In this document: piece after piece, positions 16,713 to 28,430 of the stretch
How positions within the stretch are numbered: position 1 is the first letter of the stretch
Layout: every line of letters begins with the position of its first letter
Assembly: GCA_964016885.1 (NCBI GenBank)
Contig: OZ024745.1
Coordinates: 56,792,001 to 56,856,000, forward strand
Source of the DNA: Eledone cirrhosa
Lineage: Eukaryota
Length of the DNA stretch: 64,000 bases
Reading direction: 5' to 3'
Made by a program: the position numbers and the translations under genes
Notes under the pieces: model-generated
What the model was told of the DNA's origin: nothing
What the model saw: only the letters and a program-made list of their open reading frames with translations
Databases searched by the model: none

Positions 16713-16948
16713 TATATATAATATAAGATCAAAAGATGGTTAAAAGAGTTCCAAGTATTTTATTAGGCGCAATTCAAAAACAAATATCATCATGAGATGA
16801 TATCTGCGTTTTCATCAGATAAAATAGGGATACATGATATGAAGGTTAAAAAGCACTTGTGAATAGTGAAGTTTAAATTGTTTTTGAAATGCGCATAATA
16901 AAATACTTGCAACTATTTTAACCATCTTTTGATCTTATATTATATATA
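16713..16948. repeat. Foldback with ~70-bp arms containing outward-facing HHR-like motifs
   Basis: Arms 16713..16783 and 16878..16948. The minus strand has ttat-CTGATGA (16818..16812); the right arm has GAAA-TGCGCA-TA-ataa (from 16886). Confidence 0.75.
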
Positions 16949-17012
16949 TATATGTATGTAATCTTTCGTATTATATATATATATATATATATATAAATAA
17001 AATATATATATA

Positions 17013-17280
17013 TAATACAAAGACGAAAGGTTACACCTTCATTAAGTTCAATGGTTGGTGACGCGCGTTTCGCTACAAGGTTCGATCTGTATCGTTCTAG
17101 CCCGACTCTGGAATCAAAAGCTCGTCGGACCTCTGTCATCACTACAACAGAGGTCCGATGGGCTTTTAATTATAGAGTCCGGCTAGATCGACGGAGATCG
17201 AACCTTGAGCTGATCAATAGCGAAACGCGTGTCACCAACCAATAAACGTAATAAAGGAATAACCATTCCTCCTAGTATTA
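17013..17280. repeat. Foldback with ~125-bp arms, each an HHR-like module with a long helix II
   Basis: Arms 17013..17136 and 17147..17280; consensus ggt-CCGAYGR-gct..agc-GAAAC-GCGY-GTC-acc followed by aataaa. Confidence 0.8.
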
Positions 17281-17378
17281 TTATATTACTCTGTCTAGCT
17301 CTACACCTCGATACTGACATGAACCTAATCATCGAGGTTTCACCCGGGTGAACCTACAGTAACTCCGTGTTACACTCC

Positions 17379-17414
<36 letters not shown>

Positions 17415-17416
<2 letters not shown>

Positions 17417-17665
17417 CTTGCACCTGTTTGTAAACTTTATTGCATATTACAATTTGTTTCCATATCGATGAGTATGGGTTTTAACATTCGATAGAATTAC
17501 GACTCTTAATCGACACTTCTACAGACATGAAATTTTACATGGGTGATGCCAAAACTCTCATATCTGAAGAAGTATTGATTAAGAGTTGGGACCGCATCGC
17601 ATGATCAAACCTGAGCTGATCGACATGGAAACAAATTGTAATAAAGTTTACAAAAAGCTGCAATT
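17415..17665. repeat. Diverged foldback of a related long-helix-II HHR module
   Basis: Arms 17415..17530 and 17558..17665; right arm reads tat-CTGAAGA-..atcgacatg-GAAAC-aaatt-GTA-ata. Confidence 0.7.
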
Positions 17666-17799
17666 CTTATTATCACTTTATATAGACTCTGCTAACTAGA
17701 ACCACTTTAAACTTGGAACACAACATAACGATAGACGGATACAGTAACAACAACGTATGTCTCGACATGCGTCGTTGCTAGTGACTACAAATTAAGCAG

Positions 17800-17800
<1 letters not shown>

Positions 17801-17878
<78 letters not shown>

Positions 17879-17890
17879 TAATAATAATAT
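17801..17890. repeat. (TAA)n microsatellite, left edge of the nested retroelement cluster
   Basis: Directly visible. Confidence 0.95.
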
Positions 17891-20797
17891 AAAAACAAAA
17901 CAAAGGAATTACCACAAGAAATCTACTTGGCAAGAGAACATCAATCGCCAAATAAACCTTCTCCGATCTGACATATAAATTTTAACAAACTATTAAGTAG
18001 GTGAACATGTTAAACAAACTAAACTTAGAAAATTGAAAAAAAAATACAGTATAAAATCAACAAGTGACATAGACATGCTGATAGAAATAATCAAACAAAA
18101 AGTGTCGGCCAAAGCTGCTCGTATAAGGCGCTTTGAAAAACGATCTAGATTCTATAAGGACAATAATATGTTCAAAAACAACCAAAGAAACTTCTACAGA
18201 AAAATTGGTGAGTCAACAATAACTGCTAAATCAATACCACCCAAGGAGGAAGTGCAAGAATTCTGGGAAAAGATCTGGGCTGAAGAAAAAGTTCATAACA
18301 TACATGCCCCATGGATAAACAGACAAATGAAAGATACAGCTCACCTTGAGGAACAAATATGGGAAAATATAACAGTTGAACAGTTGCGCTTGGCTCTAAG
18401 AAAAACCAGCAAATGGAAATCCCCAGGAAAAGACAAAATACAAACTTTTGGATAAATGCCTTCACAGAGTCTCATGAGCTGTTAGCCCAACTTTACAATG
18501 AAATAGTTAAGGAGCCAGAAAAGATACCATCATGGCTAGTTAACGGCATTACATTCCTGCTTCCGAAGAATGATGAGACAAACAATCCCAAAAATTACAG
18601 ACCGATAACTTGCTTGACCACAATGTATAACATTTTAACATCAGTCCTAACTGAATACACATATGACCACCTGATAACAAATGACCTATTTCCCATTGAG
18701 CAGAAAGGGTGTAAACGAGGCTCATATGGCTGTAAGGATCAGCTTCTGGTTAACAAAATGATACTGGAAGATTGTCATAATAGACACAAAAATCTATCGA
18801 TTGCTTGGATAGATTATAAAAAAGCATTCGATAGTTTGCCACACAGTTGGATTGAAAAATGTTTAGAGATTTTCAAAATATCCCCCGTTGTCAGGAGGTT
18901 TTTGTCATTCAGTATGAAGACATGGAAAACGACACTCCTTTTGAATAGGGAAACAAAATCACTGGAAGCTGGAGAAGTTAATATTAATTGTGGAATTTTT
19001 CAGGGTGACTCTTTATCACCGCTTTTATTCTGCATCGCACTTATACCATTAAGTAAAATGTTCAATGAAACAAAACATGGATATAAAGTATATGACAAAA
19101 CCATTAATCACTTGTTCTACATGGATGACCTGAAACTATTTGCAAAAAATGATGAACAATTTCAAGGGCTATTATCCACTGTGGAGCAGTTCAGTGATGA
19201 CATTAAAATGGAGTTTGGACTAGACAAATGCGCCAAAGCAACGTTCACCAGAGGAAAGCTGCTGAAGATTTCAGACATTAATCTTGATCGGGGGAACGTT
19301 ATAAGAGAACTTGATCAAGAAAAAACTTACAAATATCTAGGTGTTTGTGAAGGAGACGGAATCAAGCACTCGACAATGAGGGAAAGGATAAGGAAGGATT
19401 GTTACCGCAGAGTAAGAGCAATCTTAAGAACGGAATTGAATGCAAGGAATAGGATCGATGCCATAAACACGCTTGTCATACCAGTAGTAACCTACAGTTA
19501 CAATGTCATCAACTGGTGAAGCACAGAGATCCGTAGGCTCGATACAAAAATTCGAAAACTCTTAACCATGCAAAGAATGCATCACCCTAAGGCAGATATA
19601 GATATAATATATCTCCCTAGGAAAGAAGGAGGACGTGGGTTAATCCAGTTAGACATTGCGTTGAAAACTGCAACAATTGGATTATCACATGATTGGATGA
19701 TCAAACTCGTTTTGAAACACGAAAGCATCAAAATATCATATTCCATTACAAAAGATGCACAAAGATACAGTAATGGACTACAAATTTCAGAAGTCCCATT
19801 TACTGCTGAAATGGAAAACACAGAAAAAGCAAAGCAGGTAAAAGTAACTGCAAAGAAAGAACTGCTACAGAAACTGTCTAAGAAATGGCAAGAAAAGCCT
19901 CTGTATGGAAAATACCCACAGCGAGCTAACAATCCTGATGTTTACAAAACTTTAACCCATCAGTGGTTGGCATCCTCTGGACTGAAATCGGAGACTGAAG
20001 GACTGATTATATCAGCACAAGATCAGTGTCTGCCAACAAAAAATTACCAAGCCAACATAATAAAAAATGGATGCAGCCCATTATGCCGTCTATGCAAAAA
20101 ACAACCAGAGACCATTGACCATATAATTTCAATGTGCAGTCCTATAGCTCCAGCTGAATACCTAAACAGGCATGACAGAGCTGCACAATGCATACATTGG
20201 ATAATGTGTAAGCATTTTGACCTGCCCCATCAAAAGAATTGGTGGGAGCATCAACCACCTCCCATACTTGAAAAAGATCACATCTCAATCTTGTGGAACT
20301 TTAGCATCCAAACAGACCGAAAAATAGATGCAAATAGACCTGATATAATATTGAAGGACTTCAAAAAGAGAGTATGCCTGCTAATTGATATGTCTGTTCC
20401 AATAGACAAGAATGTATCTATAAAAACATTTGAAAAATTGAGCAAGTATAACGACCTGGAGATAGAAATTGGAAAAATGTGGAAATTGAGAACTAAAACA
20501 ATACCAGTGGTTGTAGGCGCTCTGGGAATGATACCTAAGGGGTCTAATGATTACTTATCGCAAATCCCAGGAAACCCGCGTATAGGAGAAATACAAAAGA
20601 TAGTACTAATGGGAACTGCCCATATACTAAGGAAGATGCTGTCAATATAAGTACATCACAAGTCTAAACACTAAAGATGCATGTGTGAGTATGTATGTTC
20701 TTTCTTGAACATGGCGGACCTTGTTGTCTCTTGAGGTCACTGGTTGTGACTTGGTGATAACTCGTATGAACATAAAGCAAGATAAATGCAACTGTAA
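17891..20797 (+). mobile_element. R4/Dong-clade non-LTR retrotransposon (RT + CCHC + RLE), family A, 5'-truncated and disabled
   Basis: WKSPGKD, NYRPITCL, EQKGC..G.KDQLL, WIDYKKAFDS, GIFQGDSLSPLLF, HLFYMDD, CRLC..ETIDHI..C, RHD, NRPDII..LIDMSVP. Frameshift at ~18440 and TGA at 19517; flanked by (TAA)n on both sides. Confidence 0.92.
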
Positions 20798-20819
20798 TAA
20801 TAATAATAATAATAATAAT

Positions 20820-20980
20820 TGTTTCTACTTTAGGCACAAGGCCAGCAATCACCCAGTGCATTACTGGTACTTTATTTTATCGACCCCGTAAGGATGAAAG
20901 GCAAAGTCAACCTCGGCGAGATTTGAACTCAGATCGTAAAGGGACGTAACTATGCTGGAAAGCATGGCGTCCGATCCTCT
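20820..20980 (-). mobile_element. tRNA-derived SINE with Deu/Nin-like domain
   Basis: Minus strand: B-box gagttcaaatc, then gcctttcatccttacggggtcgataaaataaagtacc, tail ..gtagaaacaattatt. About nine copies in the window. Confidence 0.85.
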
Positions 20981-20991
20981 AATAATAATAA

Positions 20992-21202
20992 TGCTTTCTT
21001 TATTAACCACAAGGGTTTACATAAAGTAGACATTAAGGACAATACAAGACAATACAGGACGGTACAAATGGGCATTTCTGCGTGTAAAAAAACAGAGGAT
21101 GTAATACAAATAACAATGAAAAATTCCAGAATAGGGGGGAGACTTCCGAGGGACATTTGTGGAGAAAGCCCATTAAAAGGCCACAGTGACCCTGACCACC
21201 AT
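20992..21202 (-). mobile_element. Tx1-like LINE 3' UTR fragment
   Basis: Similar to 29660..29985 (tttctttatt..ccacaaggg, aaaattcc..aataggggg, accctgaccacca). Confidence 0.7.
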
Positions 21203-21948
21203 CAAATAGATCGAATACAGAACAGACATATATCAACTGGAAAAAAGAAACATACCCAAAACAGAAGCTATATTGACAGTAACACACTAGCCAATATACG
21301 AAGAAATATTGGTAAAAAAAAGTTACTAACTGATATAGAAATTGATCAGATCAAGCTATTAGCACAAAGTCAGCGAAGGGAAAATAAAACATACCAGTGT
21401 TGGGGCGGAATCACTGACTACAGAACAAATTAAAGAAAGAATCGAAAAAGTGGAGAGAGTGCATGCTCAAGATGAAACTGAGATGAAAACAATGAGATCG
21501 TAAATGATAAAGAAATGAATGAGAATGAACTTGCCAACTTAGACCTGATATAATACTGAAGGACTTTAAAAAGAGGGTATGCCTGCTAATTGATATGTCC
21601 GTTCCAATAGACAAGAATGTATCTATAAAAACATTTGAAAAATTGAGCAAGTGTAAGGACCTGGAGATAGAAATAGGAAACATGTGGAAATTGAGGACTA
21701 AAACAATACCAGTGGTTGTAGGCGCTCTAGGAATGATACCTGAAGAGTCTAATGATTACTTATCGCAAATCCCAGGAAACCCGCGTGTAGGAGAAATACA
21801 AAATATAGTACTAATGGGAAGTGCCCATATACTAAGGAAGATTCTGTCAATATAAGTACATCACAAGTCTAAACACCTAAAGATACATGTGTGTGTGTGT
21901 ATGTTCTTTCTTGAACATGGTGGACCTTGCTGTCTCTTGAGGTCACTG
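21203..21948 (+). mobile_element. Internally deleted R4/Dong family A copy (N-terminal fragment joined to the RLE 3' end at ~21540)
   Basis: SNTLANIRRNI.KKKLLTDIEIDQIK resembles the R4 N-terminal region; 21541..21948 is nearly identical to 20336..20740. Confidence 0.75.
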
Positions 21949-21960
21949 TAATAATAATAA

Positions 21961-23102
21961 TCTTATTAATAAGTAACTGGTCTTTTGTATCACGGAACTG
22001 CTTTCGGCATCCTTTCTGTTCGTCCGGTAACAAGTTGTTACGTGGAGGTGATGGTAGATTTCCTCAGACACAATGCTTGTTAACAGTTTCCACATTACGG
22101 GCAGATATGTGATAGGACTATAGTTGGTAACATCATTTACCCTTGATTCGGTCTTTCATTACCAGAACTGTTCAGATGGAGAAAAGCAACCTGCACAAAT
22201 ATGTGACTGACAGTAGGGAGCCAATGCTCAAAATTGTACTGAAGGAGCAGGCAATAGACCAGGGGATGTCCAAGGAGGAAATAACAACAAGGAGGAAGAG
22301 CATCCTACTTGAAAAATCCCTTCTTTAAGAAAACGGAATTTAGAGATCCACAGATATAGAACTGGTTAAACAGAGGAGACCTTAAACAAGCTACAGAAGA
22401 AATGCTAATGGCTGCGCAAGAGCAAGCTCTCAGAACGAATTGGGTGAAACAACATATTGACAAGGAGGAGGCTAGGTCACTGTGTAGGATCTGTGGAGGA
22501 GACTGTGGATCGCATTGTATCCGAGTGTAAACATCTAGCCCAGACTCACTATAAAGGCTGGAGACATGATGTGATAGGCATGTGACTGGCATCTATGCAA
22601 ACTAAACAATTTACCACATTCTGAGAAGTGGTATGAGCATAAGCCAGAGTCGGTGATAGGAAACGATCAGGTGAAAGTGCTATGGGATTTTAGGATACAG
22701 ACGGACAAGAAATTAGAACACAATAGGCCTTACCTGGTTTTAGCCAAGGGAAAAAGATTGTGTCTGATTGTAGATGTAGCCTACCCATTTGACACGAGAG
22801 TGCAAGAAAAGGAGAGGTAGATAATTAACCGATACCAAGATTGAAAATGGGAGTTAAAAAGGATTTGAAACTGTCATGAAATGAAGGTCGTCCCGATTGT
22901 CATAGGCGCACTAGGTACTATCACAAAAAGTTTCCAACGATGGTTACAGAAAATTATTCCAGCCCCGCTTTTTGGAACACTTCAAAAGGCATGCTTGCTG
23001 GGAACAATAAGAACCCTCCGCACGTCCTGAATGTCTGAGGCTTGATATTCATTTCAACAAACTTTCCTGTTAAATAACATCAATGACTGAGACTCAAAGA
23101 AA

Positions 23103-23103
<1 letters not shown>
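21961..23103 (+). mobile_element. R4/Dong family B copy with a 5' inversion
   Basis: 21961..22170 is the reverse complement of ~25608..25817; 22171..23103 matches ~26715..27690; (TAA)n on both sides. Confidence 0.88.
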
Positions 23104-23152
<49 letters not shown>

Positions 23153-24039
23153 AGGGAAGAAGACGCACGAGGTGACGGAGGTCATGAAATCGCTCCCGTA
23201 AGTTTTGAATTTTTAACATATTTAAATCATTTGTGAAATAACAACTCTTAGTACAAATGCTACGTAAAGCACCCGGCTTGAGCCCCAAAAAATTCGGACC
23301 CAAAATATATTGTTATAAGGCTCAAATATTCAAATATTCAACTTTGTATTGTACACTGTATATCCCCCCTAAAAAATGGCTATAAATGGAAGAAGAAGAA
23401 ACCCCCCCCTCCTCTCCTCTGGCTACACTATATAGGACAGCTAAACTCACCAACACCAGAAACTAGATACACCACCCACCCCATCATCTGTGTACACTAA
23501 ACACAACAGCATTTTCACCTTCACCGCCACCGCTCACTACGGCCATCATTACCACCACTATCCCATCACCGCCGCCACCACCCCTTGACTCCTTCACTGC
23601 TTCTGCCACCGCTACAGCACCATCACTACAGTAATACGGTCGCATCACCGCCACCACTGCCTCGGTATCGACATCACCACCACCACTGTCTCAGTATCGC
23701 CAACGCCGCCAGTCTCTGCTGGCTGCCACTTCCACATTATAGAACTCCTACTACTAACAAAGAGGAAGGCATCAAAATATATAGATAGACTCAAAAGAAA
23801 AAAAAAAAAACAAACAACAAAACCAAAGCAGCACAGCAACAACAGCAAAAAACGAGAAAAACAAACAGAGAAAAACAAAAACAAAAAAAGAAACCCCCAA
23901 AACGTAAAGAAAATAAGAATGAAGAGAGAAGCAGGCGGACGGACAGAGAAGAGGGGGGAAAAAGTAAAACTTAAAAAACAAAAACTAAGTCAGACATTCG
24001 AATACTACATTACAATGAAACTTATGCTTATTCATTTTT

Positions 24040-27000
24040 AGGGCCCTTTCTGCCCGTGTGTTTGTTTGTTTATGTGTGTTCGTATACAGCGTGGTGATAA
24101 TGCCACACAAGGGCCAAGTGGGATGGCGGATCCACAGATGGCTATGTAAACATACATTCGCAAATCCTCGATAAGAGTGTTTAAATATCGAACATAAACA
24201 GTTCGAATAACGGTGAAATGGAGACTAGAACGTCATGTGACAGACTCTCACCCAACAGGTGCCCTCTGGCTCAGCAGCAGGAACCTGACTGTCAACCAAA
24301 TACTGCTGATGTTGGAGGAAGAAGAAGAAGGAAAGGGGCCAGAACCAACTGGACGAAAGAATTGAATAGAACTGTTATGCAATGCTACCTGAAAAGTAAC
24401 CCCAAGGAGAGGGGCTACAGGAGGCGGATGCATAACATCTGGAACGAGATTGGTTTATTTAAATTAGATGAACAAAAATTGGCCGGGCAGGCTCGGGTAA
24501 TAAGAACTAATGGGTGGATAAGCGAGCTGGAACTGGAGGAACTGAGCAGAGAGAATGGCTTGGAGATGGCGGGTGTAGTATGCCAGACAAGCGAGCCGGC
24601 GGGAAATGAAGGTGAGGAGGTCCTGAGAACGTAGGAACCACCCGAAGCAGACAATGATCTGAATACTGAGATAAATAATACCTGGAACAGAGATACGGCC
24701 ACTGAGGAGATGAATGCTGACGGGCTAGGACAAGATTCGGTTGACATCCTAAATTTAGTGGTAGATGAGTTGAACAATGATAGTGGGAGACCTATGAACC
24801 TAAGATTTGTAGACAGGAAAAAGTTAAAAGAAACAACAGCTAAGGTAAACAAAGTCATCCCATACCTTGAGGCGAGGAGTCTTCACCAGTGCAACAATAT
24901 CCTCAAAGCAACAGCAAATACGGTGAGGAAACTACTTGGTATAAAAGCGAGAGGAAACAACAGACAAGAAAGAGCAGAGCCGTGGTGGAAGAAGCGACTG
25001 AGTGGGCAAATCGGGGAAATGAGAAATGACATAGGAAAGCTTGAGTCACTACTGAATGGGACACTAAAAAACATAGGCACTAAAAATAGACTGGAAATAA
25101 AATACAAAACTAGGAGTAAAAAGCTAAATATTATCATAGAGGAATTGAAGCAACGCATTGTAGCAAAGAGTGCCAAAATCAGGCGATACGAGAACAGAGT
25201 CAGTCAGTATAAACAGAACCGCATGTTCGACAACAACCAGAAGATGCTGTTTGGACAGCTTGAGGGGAAAGAAAGAGGCAACGACTTGATCCCTGGGGCG
25301 GAACAAGCTAAAACATTCTGGAGAGGAATATGGGAGCAGGATGTTAGACACAATGCCCAGGCAGGGTGGATTGAGACAGTACAGAGGGAGATCGGTGAGC
25401 AGGCACAACAACAGACTGATTTGAGTATCACAGTTGAAACTCTTAAGGGGCAAGCCAAAAAACTAACCAACTGGAAATCACCAGGCCCAGATGGTGTGCA
25501 GGGGTATTGGATTAAACATTTAACATCCCTCCAGCCGAAGCTGACGGCCATGTTCAATGACTGCTTGGTGTCGGGTGAGGTGCCAGAGTGGTTGACAAAA
25601 GGTACCACAGTTCTGATAATGAAAGACCGAATCAAGGGTAATGATGTTACCAACTATAGACCTATCACATGTCTGCCCGTAATGTGGAAACTGTTGACGA
25701 GCATTGTGTCTGAGGAAATCTACCATCACCTCCACACAAACAACTTGTTACCGGACGAACAGAAAGGATGCCGAAAGAAGTCACGTGGTACAAAGGACCA
25801 GTTGCTTATTGATAAGATGGTAATGGGGAATTGCAGGAGGAGACACACTGATCTTGCCATGGGATGGATAGACTACAGAAGGGCATTTGACATGGTGCCT
25901 CATTCCTGGATCACCAAAAGCCTGGAGATCTTCAGGGTGGCAGATAACATCAGACAGTTGCTGGGCAGGAGTATGGGGTCCTGGGAGACAGAGTTGACAT
26001 CAACTGGAGTATCCTTGGGAGGCGTGAAGATCAAGAGAGGTATCTTCCAGGGAGATAGCCTGTCCCCTCTGTTGTTTGTCCTTGCCCTGATGCCCTTGAC
26101 CATTATGCTGCGAAAAGTGAGAGCAGGATACAAGTTGGGAAGGGGAGAGCTTACCATCAATCACCTCCTCTTCATGGACGATCTTAAGCTCTTCGGGAAA
26201 AGTGAGAAGGAGTTGGATGTGCTTGTTGACACTGTCCGTATTTTCAGCAGTGATATACGTATGCAGTTTGGTATTGCTAAATGTGGAGTCATTGTGATGA
26301 AGAGGGGTAGGTTGAGCAGAAGTAACGGGATCCAGATACCAACAGGTGAGATGATAAAGGAAATTGACTCTGAGGAAGGATACAAGTATTTGGGCGTTCT
26401 GGAGGCTGATGGCATAAAGAACAAAAAAATGAAGGAATTGTTAAGAACTGAATACATTCGGAGAGTAAGGAGCGTATTGAAGTCACATCTGAACAGCAGA
26501 AATGCCATAAGCGCAGTAAATTCCCGAGCTGTGTCTATTATTAGGTACAGTGCGGGAATTCTGAGATGGAATGTTGCTGAACAAAAAGAAATGGATAGGA
26601 AGACTAGGAAGCTATTGACTATCTACAACATGTTCCACAAGAGGAGTGATGTCGATAGACTCTACCTAAGGAGATCTGAGGGTGGAAGAGGTCTTATCAG
26701 CATAGAGGACTGTGTTCAGATGGAGAAAAACAACCTATACAAATACGTGACCTATAGTAAGGAGCCAATGCTCAGAGCTGTACTGAAGGAGGGGACAGTA
26801 GGCCAGGGGATATCCAAGGAGGAAATAACATCAAGGAGGAAGAGCAGCCTTAAGGGAAAATCCCTTCATAGTACCTTCTTTGAGAAAACTGAATTTAGAG
26901 ATCCACAGACATGGAACTGGTTGAGAAGAGGAGACCTCAAAAAGGCTACAGAAGGAATGCTAATGGCTGCGCAGGAGCAGGCCCTCAAAACGAAGTGGTT

Positions 27001-27690
27001 GAAGCACCATATCTACAAGGAGGAGGCTAGCCCACTGTGCAGGATCTGTGGAGAGAGAGAGGAGACTGTGGCTCACATTGTGTCCGAGTGTAAACACCTA
27101 GCCCAGACCCACTATAAGGGCTGGAGACACGATGTGATGGGCAGGGTAATCCACTGGCACCTGTGCAAAGTAAACAATCTACCACATTCTGAGAAATGGT
27201 ATGAGCATAGGCCAGAGGCGGTGATGGAGAACAGTCAGGTGAAGGTGCTGTGGGATTTTAGGATACAGACGGACAAAAAACTGGAACACAATAGGCCTGA
27301 CCTGGTGGTTGTGGACAAAGAAAAAAGATCGTGCCTGATTGTGGATGTGGCCTGCCCGTTCGACACGAGAGTGCAAGAGAAGGAGAGGGAGAAAATTAAC
27401 CGATACCAGGACCTAAAGTGGGAGGTGAAAAGGATTTGGAACTGCCATGAAGTCAAAGTGATCCCGATTGTCATAGGCGCACTGGGGACTATCTCCAAAG
27501 GTTTCCAGGGATGGTTAAAGAAAATCGGCCCCTTCACGCTTTTTGGAACGCTTCAAAAGGCATGCTTGCTTGGAACAGCAAGAACCCTCCGATACGTCCT
27601 GAATATCTGAGGCTGCAGGTAGTGGCTTGATATTCAATCCAACGGACTTTCCAGTTAACCAACATCAATGACTGAGATTCAAGGAATAAC
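24040..27690 (+). mobile_element. Near full-length R4/Dong-clade retrotransposon, family B
   Basis: Putative 5' UTR, long ORF and short 3' UTR ending in (TAA/CAA)n at ~27686. The 5' boundary is approximate. Confidence 0.92.
24218..27610 (+). CDS. RT-CCHC-restriction-like endonuclease polyprotein, 1130 codons, interrupted by a single in-frame TAG at 24632..24634
   Basis: ORFs 24218..24634 and 24710..27610 are in the same frame with no other stop between them. Motifs WTKELNRTVMQCY..EQKLAGQARVI, WKSPGPDG, QGDSLSP, FMDD, CRIC..ETVAHIVSEC, RHD, NRPDLVV..IVDVACP, KINRYQDL. Confidence 0.85.
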
Positions 27691-27696
27691 AATAAC

Positions 27697-27724
<28 letters not shown>

Positions 27725-27727
<3 letters not shown>

Positions 27728-28197
27728 TAGATGCAAATAGACCTGATATAATATTGAAGGACTTTCAAAGGAGGGTATGCCTGCTAATTGATATGTCTGT
27801 TCCAATAGACAAGAATGTATCTATAAAAACATTTGAAAAATTGAGCAAGTATAAGAACCTGGAGATAGAGATTGGAAAAATGTGGAAATTGAGAACTAAA
27901 ACAATACCAGTGGTTGTAGGCGCTCTGGGAATGATACCTAAGGGGTCTAACGACTACTTATCGCAAATCCCAGGAAACCCGCGTATAGGAGAAATACAAA
28001 AGATAGTACTAATGGTAACTGCCCATATACTAAGGAAGATCCTGTCAATATAAGTACATCACAAGTCTAAACACTAAGGATGCATGTGTGAATATGTGTG
28101 TTCTTTCTTGAACATGGCGGACCTTGTTGTCTCTTGAGGTCACTGGTTGTGACTTGGTGATAACTCGTATGAACATAAAGCAAGATAAATGCAACTG
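27725..28197 (+). mobile_element. R4/Dong family A 3' fragment
   Basis: Nearly identical to 20322..20797; flanked by (TAA)n. Confidence 0.9.
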
Positions 28198-28221
28198 TAA
28201 TAATAATAATAATAATAATAA

Positions 28222-28314
28222 TTGTTTCTACAATAAGCACAAGGCCAGCAATTATTCCAATATATTACTGGTACTTTATTTTATCTACCCCCGTTAGGAT
28301 GAAAGGCAAAGTTA
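28222..28314 (-). mobile_element. Truncated Deu/Nin-type SINE
   Basis: Same 3' half as the copy at 20820. Confidence 0.8.
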
Positions 28315-28380
28315 ATAATAATAATGATTTCTTTCTTTCTTGCTTTTTTTTTAATTATTTATTTTATTTATTTATTTATT

Positions 28381-28430
<50 letters not shown>

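Noticed and set aside
23520-23980. Pro/His-rich ORF and A-rich tract upstream of the Dong element
   Set aside because: Degenerate (ACC)n and (AAAC)n low-complexity sequence.
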